Assembly: GCF_006345805.1 (NCBI RefSeq)
Contig: NC_042997.1
Span: forward strand, 187,426,001-187,490,000
Direction of reading: 5' to 3'
From: Octopus sinensis
Lineage: Eukaryota
DNA length: 64,000 nucleotides
A program made the translations under genes and the position numbers. How positions within the stretch are numbered: the stretch's first letter is position 1; each line of letters begins with the position of its first letter. Below are positions 39,691 through 52,519 of this stretch, piece after piece. The notes beneath the pieces are model-generated. The model did not search any database. It was given only the letters and a program-made list of their open reading frames with translations, and was not told where the DNA came from.

Positions 39691-40685
39691 GATAGATTTA
39701 GACCTTGCTTTCTTCTGTCTTGTAAAGCTATCACTTATGGTTAGTTTGGAACACTTTTCTGTTAATAAATAACAAAGAAAGACTTAAGTTATACTTTTAA
39801 GCTTATATTAAATATTGTTACTGCAATGGAAGAAAAGAGAATCTGCTGCTAAGCTTTTCACCACCATCCACATTTTGTCATATCTAGGGAAACATCTGCA
39901 AGGTGTTGTGTGTTGTGAGAAATTTTCCGTCCTTTCTACTATATTTTTGGCATTGGTGTTCGGAATTGTAATTCATTCTTTTCCTGTCATTCTGTTTTTC
40001 CCACTCTAAGGTGGATAATCCACTGTAAAGTCTTTGTGTTAGAAGTTAAATCATATCAGGAAAGAACATGCGAAGTAGAAGAATATTAAGTAACTAAATA
40101 AGAAGCCACTAAACCAACTGTCAGGGCAAAAAAATCAATAAGAGAATCACCAAGAAGCTGGGTTTCAAGCAGAGTATTCTTATCAAGCAAGCTAAGCGCT
40201 AAACAATAGCTCATCCAAACTATATAATGCATGCTTACACTTGCCTGTGTATGTGTGTGTGTGTGCGCGCATGCACACAAATACACACATTCCACTTTCA
40301 TTCTATTGTGAATGCACATATTTAGAATATTGTTACTACTTATAAATCACTACTACTATTCTTATTTTTATACTTGGTTTTCTTTGTTCATTACCATCGT
40401 TTGGACAGTAGTTTTATGCAAGTTCTTTTCTGAGCTATCTTCTGTTTGTTTGTTTTTTGTTGTTTTTTTTTTGTTCTTGTTGTTGTTTTTTTCTGCTGAA
40501 GAAACCTTATTTGAAAGAAAATCAATAACACTAAAGAATCAGAAAATTTATTATTCAGTGAATGGAATGTAGAATTCTACAAATAAAGAATTTCTAGTGT
40601 TATCTTATTTGTTGAATCTGCTTATGTAAAATTTAAGTTTTATATATATATATGTATGTATATGTATGTATATGTATGTATGTAT

Positions 40686-40729
<44 letters not shown>

Positions 40730-40733
<4 letters not shown>

Positions 40734-40896
40734 GGATTTGCAAAAAACAAAAGACGGGTGTAAACAACAAACAGATGTATTAGTTTAACGCTCGGGAAGT
40801 GAGAAAGTCTTTTACATTTCGAGCCTACGCTCTTCGACAGAAAGGAACACGGAAATTAACGGAGAGAAAAGAGGTTTAGTGGCTAGCAATCTATCA
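40730..40896 (-). mobile_element. Same repeat embedded in (TA)n, copy 2
   Basis: The reverse complement aligns with 10061-10242 (tgatagat.g.tagccacta ... tcttttgtttttt). Motif cttt-CTGTCGA-A-GAGC-gtag-GCTC-GAAATGTA-aaag at 40844-40809. Flanked by (TA)n. Confidence 0.7.
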
Positions 40897-41642
40897 TATA
40901 TATATATATATATATATATCAGTGTGTGTATATGTGTATTCACCTCATATACATGTGTGTGTGTCATATATGAAAGAAAGGGAGAGAATAAAAATAAGGA
41001 AGCATTGTAAAATATGTAAATAAGTATTTATTAATGATATATCTAAAAAAAAATTGTTATAAATAGTGGCTTATAATACATTGGGTTAAAAACTCCTGAG
41101 AAAGAAAGAAGGTAGAAAGCTACCTATTGAACTTCAGCCACCATTCTTCTGTAACCAAGACGGAAATGCTACCATTTTACACTAAACTTTCTGCTTAATT
41201 TGGTGGAAGAAATGCTAAAGTTTGCTTCAGTGTAATTGTTAGTGTGTCTGACTGGTTTACAGAGGTTGGGTGGTTTGAATCCTGCTGGCAGCTTTCTATC
41301 TTTTTTGCTTTGTCCAAGGGATTTTTAATCCAATGTGTTGTAAGTTATGATTTATAGGTGAATTTTCTTTCAGATATATCATTAAAAAATACATAGATGC
41401 GTGTAGTCATTATTTAGTTTTTTAGATATTGAAAGACTTCTTTATTGTATAAAGTTTTAAGTACATTTTCAAAACTTATAGAAAATTTTAGTTTGCAATT
41501 TTTCATCAAGCAGTATGATTAAGAAAGAGTATATATTAAGACTTCTGAGAAATCTAATCAATGTTTTGTAAAATTTAAAGAAACCATTTTTTTCAGCCTT
41601 TTTAAATACTTTTTCTCAAGTTTTTTTTTTTTCGTTGTTGAA

Positions 41643-42028
41643 TCTTTTACTTCTTTCAGTCATTAGACTGTGGCCATGCTGGAGCATTGTCTTGGAAGAG
41701 TTTTTTTAGTTGAATGAATCAACCCCAGTACTTATTTTTTTGTGCCAAGCCTAGTGCTTATTCTATTGGTCTCTTTTGCCAAACTGCTAAGTTACAGGGA
41801 TGTAAACATAACAACACTGGTTTTCAAGTGGTGGTGTGGAACAAACATAGATACACACACACACACATATACATATATGATGTGCCTCTTCCAGTTTCCA
41901 TCTGTGAAATTCACTCACAAGGGTTTGGTTAACCCAAGGTTATAGTAGAAGCCCAAGGTGCTACGCAGTGGAACTGAATCCAGAACCATGTTGCTGGGAA
42001 GCAGACTTCTCACAACTCAGCTTTGCCT
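41643..42028 (-). mobile_element. SINE B, full length
   Basis: Reverse complement of B from tail to head. Confidence 0.9.
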
Positions 42029-43304
42029 GAATGCTAATATTCATATATTAGCTTCAGGCAAATAGTTTTCTCCTCTCTGGTATTTTCTGTCACTGTAAGA
42101 AAAATCATTGTCGTCACGGGTATTGACTAAATTTTCAAGCATAACTTCTCGCTAGTGTTCAAAAGCATTCAGTTGAGTACAGACGTTTCTTGCTTATTGC
42201 ATTATCTATATGAACAAACTACCATTTTCTTGTGTTCCTTCTGAATAATTAAAACTCCTTTAAAGCCGATGCATGTAATGTTACAGTAGCATTATTCAGT
42301 GTTTCCGCCACAAAACTATAAACCTCATGGTAAATCACCTTCTCAAAAAAAAAAAAAAAAGAAAAAAAAGAAATTAAAAAAACAGAAGTAATTCATTATT
42401 CTTTACCACCCCAGCATGTCTTCAAGTTTAATGGGGGAGATTTCATTACATATCCTGCGACATATCAATTTCAAAATCCTGATATGGCATCCACTGTGCG
42501 GAAGTTTCTCATTTCTGTTCTGCAAGCATATCTGCGGTCAATATTTTATGTCTGTAGCAGCTATGAATATGAAAATATCTTTCAAACTATTCAGTAAGAA
42601 ATACTTACAATCATAAGGAAAACAAGCACCTAAGATTTATTTAATTTTATCAAGTTGTTGAACACCAGTTGAATTTTTTTTTAAGTCTGGAAAGACAGAA
42701 ATTTAAAATGCAAAATACAATATGGAAGATCAATTTATTCAAAGGGACCATTTATAGGTTAATGTTGGAAATACCATTCTTTTTAGTCTTTGAGAAGGAA
42801 ATTGCAGTAGAGAATTTCTATGGGTTTCTAAGAAATGTTCATAACGACTGCTGTAGTTAATTAAGTGATATTGTAGACTATGGTAGTTATAACCTGCTGT
42901 TTGTGAAAGCTTATTTAGATATGTAACCATCGGGTTCTTCTCATTCTTGGTAGTGGGGTGCTGAGTGGTGATGGAGCTATCTGAGTACTATTCAACTACT
43001 TAACCAGTTTAAGAGCTGCAGTCTTGCTCCCAAGGAATCTTGTGTCATAAAAATGTCAACTTGATAATATAATTTGCTGCTACAAGGAAGTCAAAAAAGC
43101 AATCATTAATATATAACTTAACTTACTGTACTGCAACAACTTTTAAGGATACTTTATTTATGACCCATGATTTTTGAATTAAAGATGTTTGCTGCAGTGT
43201 ATTTATAGGTAGGGACATTTACTTTGTTTTCAAGCTACAAGTAAAACTGTTGACTTTCTCAGGGCCAGAGATGAAAGTATATATGACCTGCCAAACTTTT
43301 CAAA

Positions 43305-43533
43305 GGAGTGGCTGTGTGGTAAGTAGCTTGCTAACCAACCACATGGTTCTGGGTTCAGTCCTACTGCGTAGCATCTTGGGCAAGTGTCTTCTGCTATAGC
43401 CCCGGGCCGACCAATGCCTTGTGAGTGGATTTGGTAGACGGAAACTGAAAGAAGCCTGTCGTATATATGTATGTGTATGTATATATATATATATATATAT
43501 CATCATCATCATCATCATCATCGTTTAACGTCC

Positions 43534-43569
<36 letters not shown>

Positions 43570-43766
43570 CATGCATGTTTGTGTGTCTGTGTTTGTCCCC
43601 CTAGCATTGCTTGACAACCGATGCTGGTGTGTTTACGTCCCCATCACTTAGCGGTTTGGCAAAAGAGACCGATAGAATAAGTCCTGGGATTGATTTGTTC
43701 AACTAAAATCCTTTAAGGTGGTGCTCCAGCATGGCTGCAGTCAAATGACTGAAACAAGTAAAAGAG
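43305..43766 (+). mobile_element. SINE B, full length
   Basis: ggagtggctgtgtggtaag..gggttcagtcc..gccttgtgagtggatttggtagacggaaactgaaagaagcc..gactgaaacaagtaaaagag. Confidence 0.93.
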
Positions 43767-44057
43767 TATATCTAATCCAGCTAATGTAGAAGCATATATG
43801 AAAAAGTGCATTAAGAATAAAATGCTTTTTAAATATAATTATAAATGTATGTTTATATTTGAAAAATATAGTTATAGGTGTGTGTGTTAACACCATTCGA
43901 TGAAATGGTGTCTGTGTTTATATCTAAGAACTTAACAGTGAGAGGAATAGAGATTGCTCAAGTGAGTACCAAGCTTCAAAAACAGTGCTAAGGTGAATAT
44001 GAATGGCTTCAGCCCTTCAAGACAGTATCCCAGCATAGCTGTAGTCCAGTTACTTAA

Positions 44058-44278
44058 CCCTTTTGTTACCGTATTTCTGTTGAGATGCTCTGTGTTTCTT
44101 TCAATTACTTTAAATATAACAAAGAATTTAGTAAAATAACTTAGTTATCATTCAGCTAGTGTTAGGAACATAAATTGTGACTAAGGTTTGGTGGAAGATT
44201 TTAATTCAAAACTTATGAAAACAAGACATTTGTACTACAGGACCAGAGCCGGTTTCAGCCGGGTTGGTAATGAAAGGG
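44058..44278. mobile_element. piggyBac-like MITE family P1, copy 2 (opposite orientation)
   Basis: TTAA|CCCTTTTGTTACC ... GGTAATGAAAGGG|TTAA, 221 bp. It aligns end to end with 35105-35324. Confidence 0.85.
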
Positions 44279-44309
44279 TTAAATAATAATAATAATAATA
44301 ATGATAAAT

Positions 44310-44505
44310 AATCTGTTCTACTAAAGGCACAAGGCTTGAAATTTTGGGAGAGAGGACTAGTGTTTCACTGCTACTTAATCTATCAACCCCAAAAGGATGA
44401 AAGGCAAACTCGACCTCGGCAGAATTTGAACTCAGAACATAACGACAAGCAAAACACCACAAAGCATTTCATCCAATGTGCTAACAACTCTGCCAGCTTG
44501 CTGCC
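44310..44505 (-). mobile_element. SINE A
   Basis: Reverse complement of A (ggatgaaaggcaaactcgacctcggcagaatttgaactcagaac..ctgccagcttgctgcc). Its (AAT)n tail abuts the P1 MITE at 44278. Confidence 0.85.
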
Positions 44506-45296
44506 TTTATAATAATACCAATAATAACAATAAGCAAGAATATCTTGAATTCAAAGGAATTATATAGTTCATTGTTAAAGGTCAATTAAAAATGTTACAT
44601 ACTTCTGTTTCCCTTGACACATTACCACTTTACATATTTTTTACTAATTAAATAAGGTGTTTGTATGTATAAATCCAATTAGAAGGTTACTTAGATGTCC
44701 TACTTCATAAAAATGTAACCATTTAGTCATTCAGAATTATAGAATATATTTCGTCTAAGAACTGTATCAAACACATTAGCTAATTTTTATTCTTATAAAC
44801 ATTGGGACTCTAATTAACTAGAAAAGCTGGCTTTCTGAATTTTAGTTAAATTTAGGTTTTTCTGTGTAAATGTTTGTTGAAACTATACTTTTAGAAAAAA
44901 GGAAAAAATTGTATTAGTTGCCATATTTTTCAGCTAGTAGTAATCATGTTCTAATATAACTCTATTTATTCTATGATGATAATAATAATAATAATAAGGA
45001 GCATTATTATTTTCCTCTCAGATACCATTGAGATAAATTCATGAGTTTGTAGAATTTTCTCTTTCACTATCATTTCAAGGAATTCAAAAAGAAATTCTTG
45101 TTCATTTTATTCAGAAGCATTTTTGCAAAACATAGCTCTTTTTTTATAAGATAATTTATATTACTAAGGTTTTATTTTCTGTGTGACATATATCAATTTT
45201 TCTAATATATGAATTAAATAAAATGGAAATAGTTTAATGTTTGTAACTTTTGAAATATGTACAGTTAATATTCAAAATTTTCTTTGATTATTGGAG

Positions 45297-45329
45297 TATA
45301 TACATACATATATATACACATATATACTT

Positions 45330-45380
<51 letters not shown>

Positions 45381-45555
45381 TACTTTTATATATATGTATA
45401 CACACACATATATACTTATATATATACACACACACACACACATATATACTTATATATATACACATACATATACTTATATATATCTATAGATATACACACA
45501 TATATATACATATATATTTACACACACACACACACACATATATATATTATATATG
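45297..45555. repeat. Compound (CA)/(TA) microsatellite with recurring catatatactta unit
   Basis: Direct inspection. Confidence 0.92.
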
Positions 45556-46399
45556 TGCAGTATAGTTTTCAAGAAGCATTGTCTCATATATATATATAAA
45601 TATTTAAAATTATTTTTTTGTAAAGCCAAAACATATAATTATATATATCATTATGTAATTATAAACATGCACACACACACACAATCACACTCTCTCTTTA
45701 ATCTATATGTCTGTGTGTGTGCGTGAACATGCAATTGTGTGTGTAAATATGTTTGAGAGAGTGAAATGCCAGCTGTCTATTGTGTAAATAATAGTGCATT
45801 TATCTGGTAGGCAAAAGAATCATGGCTTTATTTTCATCAGTGGGTTTGCTGCTTTTTATTTTTTCATTCTCCCTCAAATTGCTCTTTAAAATATATATAT
45901 AACTGTGCAAGTTTGTATGCAAGTAAAAAAAAATTGTAATATATTTATATTTTGTATTTTTTTAGATAGTTTTACTATTGTAGTCACAGATATATTTTTA
46001 ATGTATTAAAGGCAACACATTTTGTCATTTAAAGATCACAATCTGTATTAACTTTGGCTGCCTTAGTGTTATTTCTTCACACAAGGTACTCATTGTTAGT
46101 GTCAATTTTTTACTTAATAGGATACCATGACAATGATTTTCAATAAGTATACATTTGTGATTTATATTGTGAAAAGTAGAAACATTTAAAAAATTCTATT
46201 CATATTTGCTCCAAATTCATTTGATTGTCACACCTTTGCATGTCTTAAAGATGTTTACAAAATGTTACTCTAAAAATATAATTGAATTATTCATGAATAT
46301 TTTAAAAGGTGTGTGTATCCATCTATCCTTGACTTCACATTGTGTGATAGTTGTAAACCAGTGATACTATCATTAAAAGCGGTATCATTGGTTATTAAT

Positions 46400-46575
46400 T
46401 TTCTGCGAAAACATATCTGGCCATGGGGATGTATTACCTTGCTTGGAAACTGAAGAAGATTGGCAGCAGAAAGGACTTTGTAAAATCTGATTCACCAAAT
46501 TCCATCTGATCCATACAAGCATGGAAAAGTGGGCTTTAAAACAATGATGATGGCAACGATAATGACAACAATGAT
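46400..46575 (+). mobile_element. SINE C 3' part
   Basis: tctggccatgggg..accttgcttggaaac..cagaaagg..tccatctgatccatacaagcatggaaaagtgggctttaaaacaatgatgatg. Confidence 0.8.
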
Positions 46576-46627
46576 GACATAGTCTGGAAGGAAGTAATCT
46601 ATTAACAGTTGAATTCTCATTTACTAA

Positions 46628-46715
46628 ATAATAGAACATATATATATATATCATATAATAATAGAACATATATATATATCATACATAATAGAACATACAT
46701 ATATATATATATATT
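46628..46715. repeat. ~28-bp minisatellite x3 (ataatagaacatatatatatatatc)
   Basis: taatagaaca occurs three times, separated by (TA)n. Confidence 0.85.
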
Positions 46716-47198
46716 CATTTTAAAGAAATTCTTATGCTAAACTGCATTCAATACAGTATTGGTATCAAAATCTATCTTATATTTAGTGAAATACTCCAGT
46801 CATTTGGATAGTTTGAATTTTTGTGGCCTTAGCTGTGAGGAGAACTTGTCATAAAGTTTTTCTACTGTTCATATTTTATCACTGCTTTACATGAAGGATT
46901 GTTGCCCTTTAAATAGTTGAATAACTCCAAGTGGCGTCTGTAACTATGTTTCTATGCATGTGTGTGTGTATGTGTGTGTATATAGAGAGATATGTGTATG
47001 TGTAACAGTGGGCAAACATGTAGAACAACACTTGCTGAGATTACTCCCCTGCTCCATTTTCTTTCTTCTTTTCCAGTTTCTCTCTTTCTTCTGTCTGAAA
47101 AATGTCAGAGCCATTTCTTTCCCTTTCTCCCAAACATCAAGCTAATAATATGGAGAGCTTCTCTTGTCCTTTTGTTCTTTACTGTGTGTGTGTGTGTC

Positions 47199-47415
47199 GG
47201 TATGGTTGTGTGGTAAGAAGTTTGCTTCCCAACTGCTTGGTTTCAGGTTCAGTCCTACTGTGTGGCACTGTAATCTAGCATTTTGGCAAAAGAGACTGAT
47301 AGATTAAGTAGCAGGCTTTAAAAACTATAAGAACTGGGGTCAATTCGTTTGACTAAAAGTCTTCAAGGAGGTGCCCCAGCATGATCACAATCTGATGACT
47401 AAAGCAAATAAGAGA
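47199..47415 (+). mobile_element. SINE B with internal deletion
   Basis: Head ggtatggttgtgtggtaagaagtttgc is joined directly to the 3' body (ttggcaaaagagactgatag). Confidence 0.8.
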
Positions 47416-47915
47416 TACACACACACACACACCTGTAAATAATATATTTATGTATACATTATCCTCTGTTTTTGAATGTGCTACTTTTTTGAAGGCCTTG
47501 CATTGGTAGGTTGTGCATAACAGGTTAACTTAAATATCTATTAATTGATCTGGAAAGTGTGGGTATTTTAAAAGCTTGAAGGTTATTATTGATATGATGA
47601 TACTACCACCTCTGAAGTTTAAAAATTTGCCAGGTAGGCAAATTATTATCTGAGGCATCAGATGAACCCATATAATGGCAAGAAATGCAAATGAGAGCAA
47701 TACTGTCCAACACCATCACTCACCAGAACACCAAGGAAATAAAATGAAATAAACTAATAATCATAGCAATGGTGATGCCCTAACATAGACACAGCATCTG
47801 TCTGAGAAAAAGAAAGTGAAAGTTAAAGTAAAAAAAAGTAATATACATATAAATGTACATGTACATAGAAGTTTCTTGATTAAAAAAAACCCAAAATCAT
47901 TGGGTTTTTTTGAAT

Positions 47916-48228
47916 TAGTGGTTCTTAACCATTTCTTTACCTCTGGACCCCTTTGATTATTATTTTACGCTGGTGGACCCCAATAGTGATTCAGTGTTTA
48001 AAAACTAATTTTATACTCTTTTGTTTTCCCACGTTCACTTGTACACTTTGAACCACATAAAACATTAGAGAAAGAAACCAAGCTATTTCTTGCAATAAAT
48101 AAATCTAAAACAAAATTTTTTTTCAGTCTCTTACTATACTACTGTGGATTCCCAATTTACAATTTTGCTTGCATGGACCACAAAAAAAAAAAAAAATCTT
48201 ACAATGGACCCTGGTTGAAAAACCACTG
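47916..48228. mobile_element. hAT (Charlie-like) MITE
   Basis: TIRs tagtggttcttaacc ... ggttgaaaaaccactg with several subterminal ggaccc motifs. The right flank atttagat fits the NTYTAGAN target. The left flank ttttgaat is a partially decayed 8-bp TSD. Confidence 0.72.
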
Positions 48229-49539
48229 ATTTAGATGAAGCTCAATATAGATTCATTTATGCCTTAGATTCTTTATGACACTCACAATGGTGGCAAGCAG
48301 AGTATCTGACAAAAGAGAAAGACAGTTATCCAGCATGTAGGAGGAATTAGCAGTTGGGAGAGGGCAGAACAACTAAGCTAAGCCATCTTTGTATGCAAGT
48401 TGTGTATGTGTGTGTTTTATGTTCTTTTTTCAAAAATGCTGCTTCTTTGAAGGTCCTGCTTAGAATGCTAATCATGTAATTGAATATATGATCTTAGCAG
48501 ATGAAAACCAAAGGTATAAATGTTCTTTTATTACAGGTAGGATATAATTTAGGTTAGTTAGTAACATTCAAATCATGTGACGGCTTTAGTTTTATTGACA
48601 TTTAAACAATGAAAAAAAAGGATAAAAGAAAGACTTATTTGAAAGTTTTTTCAGCTTTAGGTATTGCTCTTATTCAAGTGTTGATTCTTCCTTGTTTATC
48701 TGATCCCTTTCAAAACCTGTAGTTTTATTTCACAAATGCTATTTTTGTAATAAATTTTGACTATAATACTTCAAGAACATTAAAAAAAAAAAAGATAATT
48801 CTCATGAAAACTTTCAAAGTTGTTGGAAGATCTGTTATTGATGCAAAGAACACACCCACACACCCTCACACACACACACTCACACATTTCTACATAAAGG
48901 AAGTTATTGATATTCAGTTCATGTAACTATCCTCACATTATCATTAACATCTAAAAATGTTAACAGTTCCCCGAATACTAGTAAGAATTTAATCTTTTGC
49001 TGGTGTATGTCAGTGTCCATATTTTGAAACATTTTCTTTTAGTCTTCAGATAGTTCCTAGAAAATGAAATGTCAGATTATATCTGAGTCATTCTGGAAGC
49101 AAAATATTTTCTCCAAATTGTTTCAACATCTATTTACATTCATAAGACATTACCGTTACAGTTATTTGCAATGTTTACATAGTTTCTCTAATGTACTTAG
49201 TTTTCATCATCACTTATCATTTTGTTCATTTGTGTATGTGTATGTGTAATATATTTTATCTTGAGTATTTTTCTTTGAGATTTTATTTATTTTAATGCAC
49301 TTTCCCTCTCAGTCGAAACCTTTTTTTGCCAGGAATTTTTTTTATGCACTATAGATGTCTCCTTCCTCTTTCTCTTTTCCTCTACTCTTTCCTTTTTTTT
49401 TCCCCTGTACCCCAACCCCCCTCTGTAAAGGACATTGGGCATTCCTACAAGACAGCACTGAATGGCTGATAAAGTTTCCAGTCAAGCTAGAACATTACAG
49501 AAAGTTAATTAAAAAGAAAACAAAATTGAGCTATGGGAA

Positions 49540-50450
49540 ATAACACAAATAAGCTAATGGCATGTTAAAGTTTAAGTTAAGGAGTGTTGTACTGAGCATG
49601 GTATACAAAATATTCTTGGTCGCCTGATTGAACTTAGCTGATCCAAGGAAGCAAAAAGCGAGCTGCAATATTAGAGTAGTTAAGACACAAAGTGGAAAAT
49701 CATACAGCAAAAGACTTTTCATTTAGAAACTAGCCATAAAGTAAGCCAGTATAGAAGTAGGAAGGAGAGATGTTATTGTCCTCTGAAGGTGTGAGACTAT
49801 GTCTGGAGTCAGGATGTAATTGGGTAGAAGTGCATCTGAAATTATAAGAGCTCTCTTGACCTCAGTGACTAAAAAGAGATACTGATACACCAAGTGTGGA
49901 GCCTGATATAGAAGCACAATCATCAACTATTTTTTTTTTTCCTCTTTTGTCTTAGTTTGAAGTAGAAGCAGCACACATGACTTTTACAGGCCATCTAGAG
50001 AGTTCGCTTGCCATGAGGAGTGTTGAGTCTAATATTTTGTATGAGACCTAGCCCTTCAGCTGATATTGAAGAAGAGAGAGAAAAGTGATGTCACCTGGGA
50101 TGTAGACAAGTATATGGGAAGTATTAGTAGGAACAACTTTAATGCAAAGAGCATTAAAAAGCTAATGAGTGAGAGTTGTGTTTGATTAAGGCTGATAAAA
50201 GCTACACAGAAACTAAAGTATGTTAGCCAATGAGGGAGTCTGTATATGCTTGCTCCACCTGCTAGAAATAACAGTAAATCTTTTAAATTACACTCTTAAT
50301 AAAAGTGTTACATTAGATAGTGTAGTCATAACTACACTAGAGATGATTGCAGCTGAAATGCTTTTGGTCAAATTAGGTTTGCATGATCAGGGTTGATAAA
50401 GACAATAGGTTGGTAAGCAACAGTAGCAAAGATAAAAAGTGATTGAGAGG
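49540..50450 (-). mobile_element. Highly decayed CR1/L2-like LINE RT 3' region
   Basis: The minus strand shows only fragmentary resemblance to RT and C-terminal motifs (KAF, ..DIT., SHLQRT..SL, SAK.N). It is heavily mutated and the assignment is by eye only. Confidence 0.33.
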
Positions 50451-50961
50451 GGAAAATTATAAAAATGGATCAACTCAAGATGATATCAGCAGCAAACAGA
50501 TTTGGCTCATAAATGTGTTCTGGAATGCTACAGATGCTGTAAAATAGATGATTTTTGGCTTAGGAAAAAATAATGTAGTCATATGTGTTATGTTCAGGGA
50601 TTTTTATGGGAAGGTGAAATTCAGATTTCATAATGCTTTATTCTGTACCTTCTACTGAATCTGTATGAAAATAAAAATGATGATCATTGCTTACAAAATA
50701 AGATCAAACTAACGCTACACCAGGTGAGGAAACCTTGGGTATGGCAGTGATTATATCACTATGAGAAGGTCCCTAAGCACTTATTCTCAACTTTCGATAT
50801 TGTGTTTTGGTGAAAGGTTAGGGTGCATGCAGCTATGTGTATACAAAGTATGGAATTTGATTATAGTTAAGTATAATGAAAACAAAAAAAAAAATGTCAT
50901 TATTTGTAGCATGATATTGGTACTGGTAATCACAATACAAGTAAGGGTATCTGCAGTCCAA

Positions 50962-52220
50962 CCATTTAGCGTTTAAACCAACCATATCCAGCCCAAATAT
51001 CTATGTTTTACATTTAACCCTTTTGTGTTCAGATTAATCTGTCAAATGAATGTAATGCATATTCATGTTATTTTGAATTATTAAGGTTCAAAAGGGATGT
51101 CCACAATATTTGCTTGGAACTTTGTTAATTTTTTACATACTGATTTGAAATTTTGTCAGTATATACGCACCGTATATACCATTGGATTATAGTTATAATA
51201 TAATTTTAACTGATCTTACTGATTAAATTTGACTTTTATGAGCAGATAAATTTAATTAACAAGTGTAAAAGCAATAACATTATGGCTAAACACTAAAATT
51301 GAAATTCTTAATGCATCTTAGCTGTTTGATTTGTTATTAAAATTATCCCAGATGTCAACTGCCAATCCACAGTCTATGATATCTGTTGAACACAAACTTA
51401 GCTCTCAGCTTGATTATTCTGAACTGATCAATGATTTTGTGAAGCAAAAAGTGCACTGTGTTTGTCTTTGAAAATGGCCTGGATTATAAAAGTGCTCCTT
51501 TATTCATATCTGGACGTTTTACTTACTGAAATTTGTAATAGACCTAAATAAATTTAACTTTTAAAGATGTTCTTTAGGATAATGTGAAATATTGAACTTC
51601 AGATAGAATAAAGTAAAATATAGCTATGAATAAAAGGTGCATAGATTATGAATTTTGATAGAAGAGATGGGGCCTTGATGCGAAGGTTGCAGGGAGCCTC
51701 TAAAAGTCATGTGATGGAGCTGCATATATGTCAGTATGATTCATCCAAAGACAAATCCCTGTTGTTTTCGTTTATATTTTGTACATCATCAAGAGTAAGA
51801 CCTTTGAAGTCGGAATCGCTACTTGCTGATGCCATATCATTAAAGACTAATATATACACTTCTTTTCAAATGTTAAAAAAAAAACAAGAAGTTTCAACAC
51901 TTTCACCTCATTTTTGCTTTGAATAAAGGCAGGAGAGGCTTTACCTTGTATTATCTCAAAGCTACGAGAATTCAGTAATGTAATTTGTTTATTTTTTTTA
52001 GCAGTTTCGTAGAGGAATCAAATATCGCTAGATTTGGCTTGTCTAAACACTAAAGGGTTGAATTGGCCATATCCAGCCTTTCATACCTATCCTACAATGT
52101 CATTCTAAAAATATACAATCACGTCATTGAAATCTCAATGCTTCAAGATTATGCATGATTAATTAAAAACTGTGAATAAATAAGCATTATATTTGACAAA
52201 GTAATCTGACTGCTAAAGGG
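50962..52220. mobile_element. Nested P2 MITEs: outer copy split by an oppositely oriented inner copy (51018-52057)
   Basis: The outer halves (50962-51013 and 52062-52220, ending GGG|TTAA) join into one P2 copy colinear with 34820-35040. The inner copy starts TTAA|CCCTTT at 51014/51018 and ends AAAGGG|TTGA at 52057. Confidence 0.7.
51085..51946 (+). mobile_element. Insert containing a hAT transposase C-terminal remnant
   Basis: 51376-51471 translates MISVEHKLSSQLDYSELINDFVKQKVHCVCL*, resembling the hAT dimerisation-domain tail (…ISIEHELASQLDYSELINDFAK.KAR). The segment interrupts a P2 MITE. TIRs and TSD could not be called confidently. Confidence 0.6.
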
Positions 52221-52519
52221 TTAAATAATGCATAAACCAGAGTTTGGCTATGATAACTGCTGATAATAAATTGATACCAACTTAGGTTGGGCTAGCCCAA
52301 CCCAGGGAAGATGGAGCTCACTCCCTACTGCTAATGACACAACATATGCCCTACAACAGCTGTACATTGCCCTGGAATCATCTGAGTGCTTTTTGTAATT
52401 TTCTACATGTGGCATTTCTCTCACTTGGGAAATTTTTGAGATTATGGAAGCTTTTCAAATTTTGGAATAGTAGATAAAGGATTATTGTAGTATTTGTAAG
52501 TTTTTACATCTGTTTTTCC

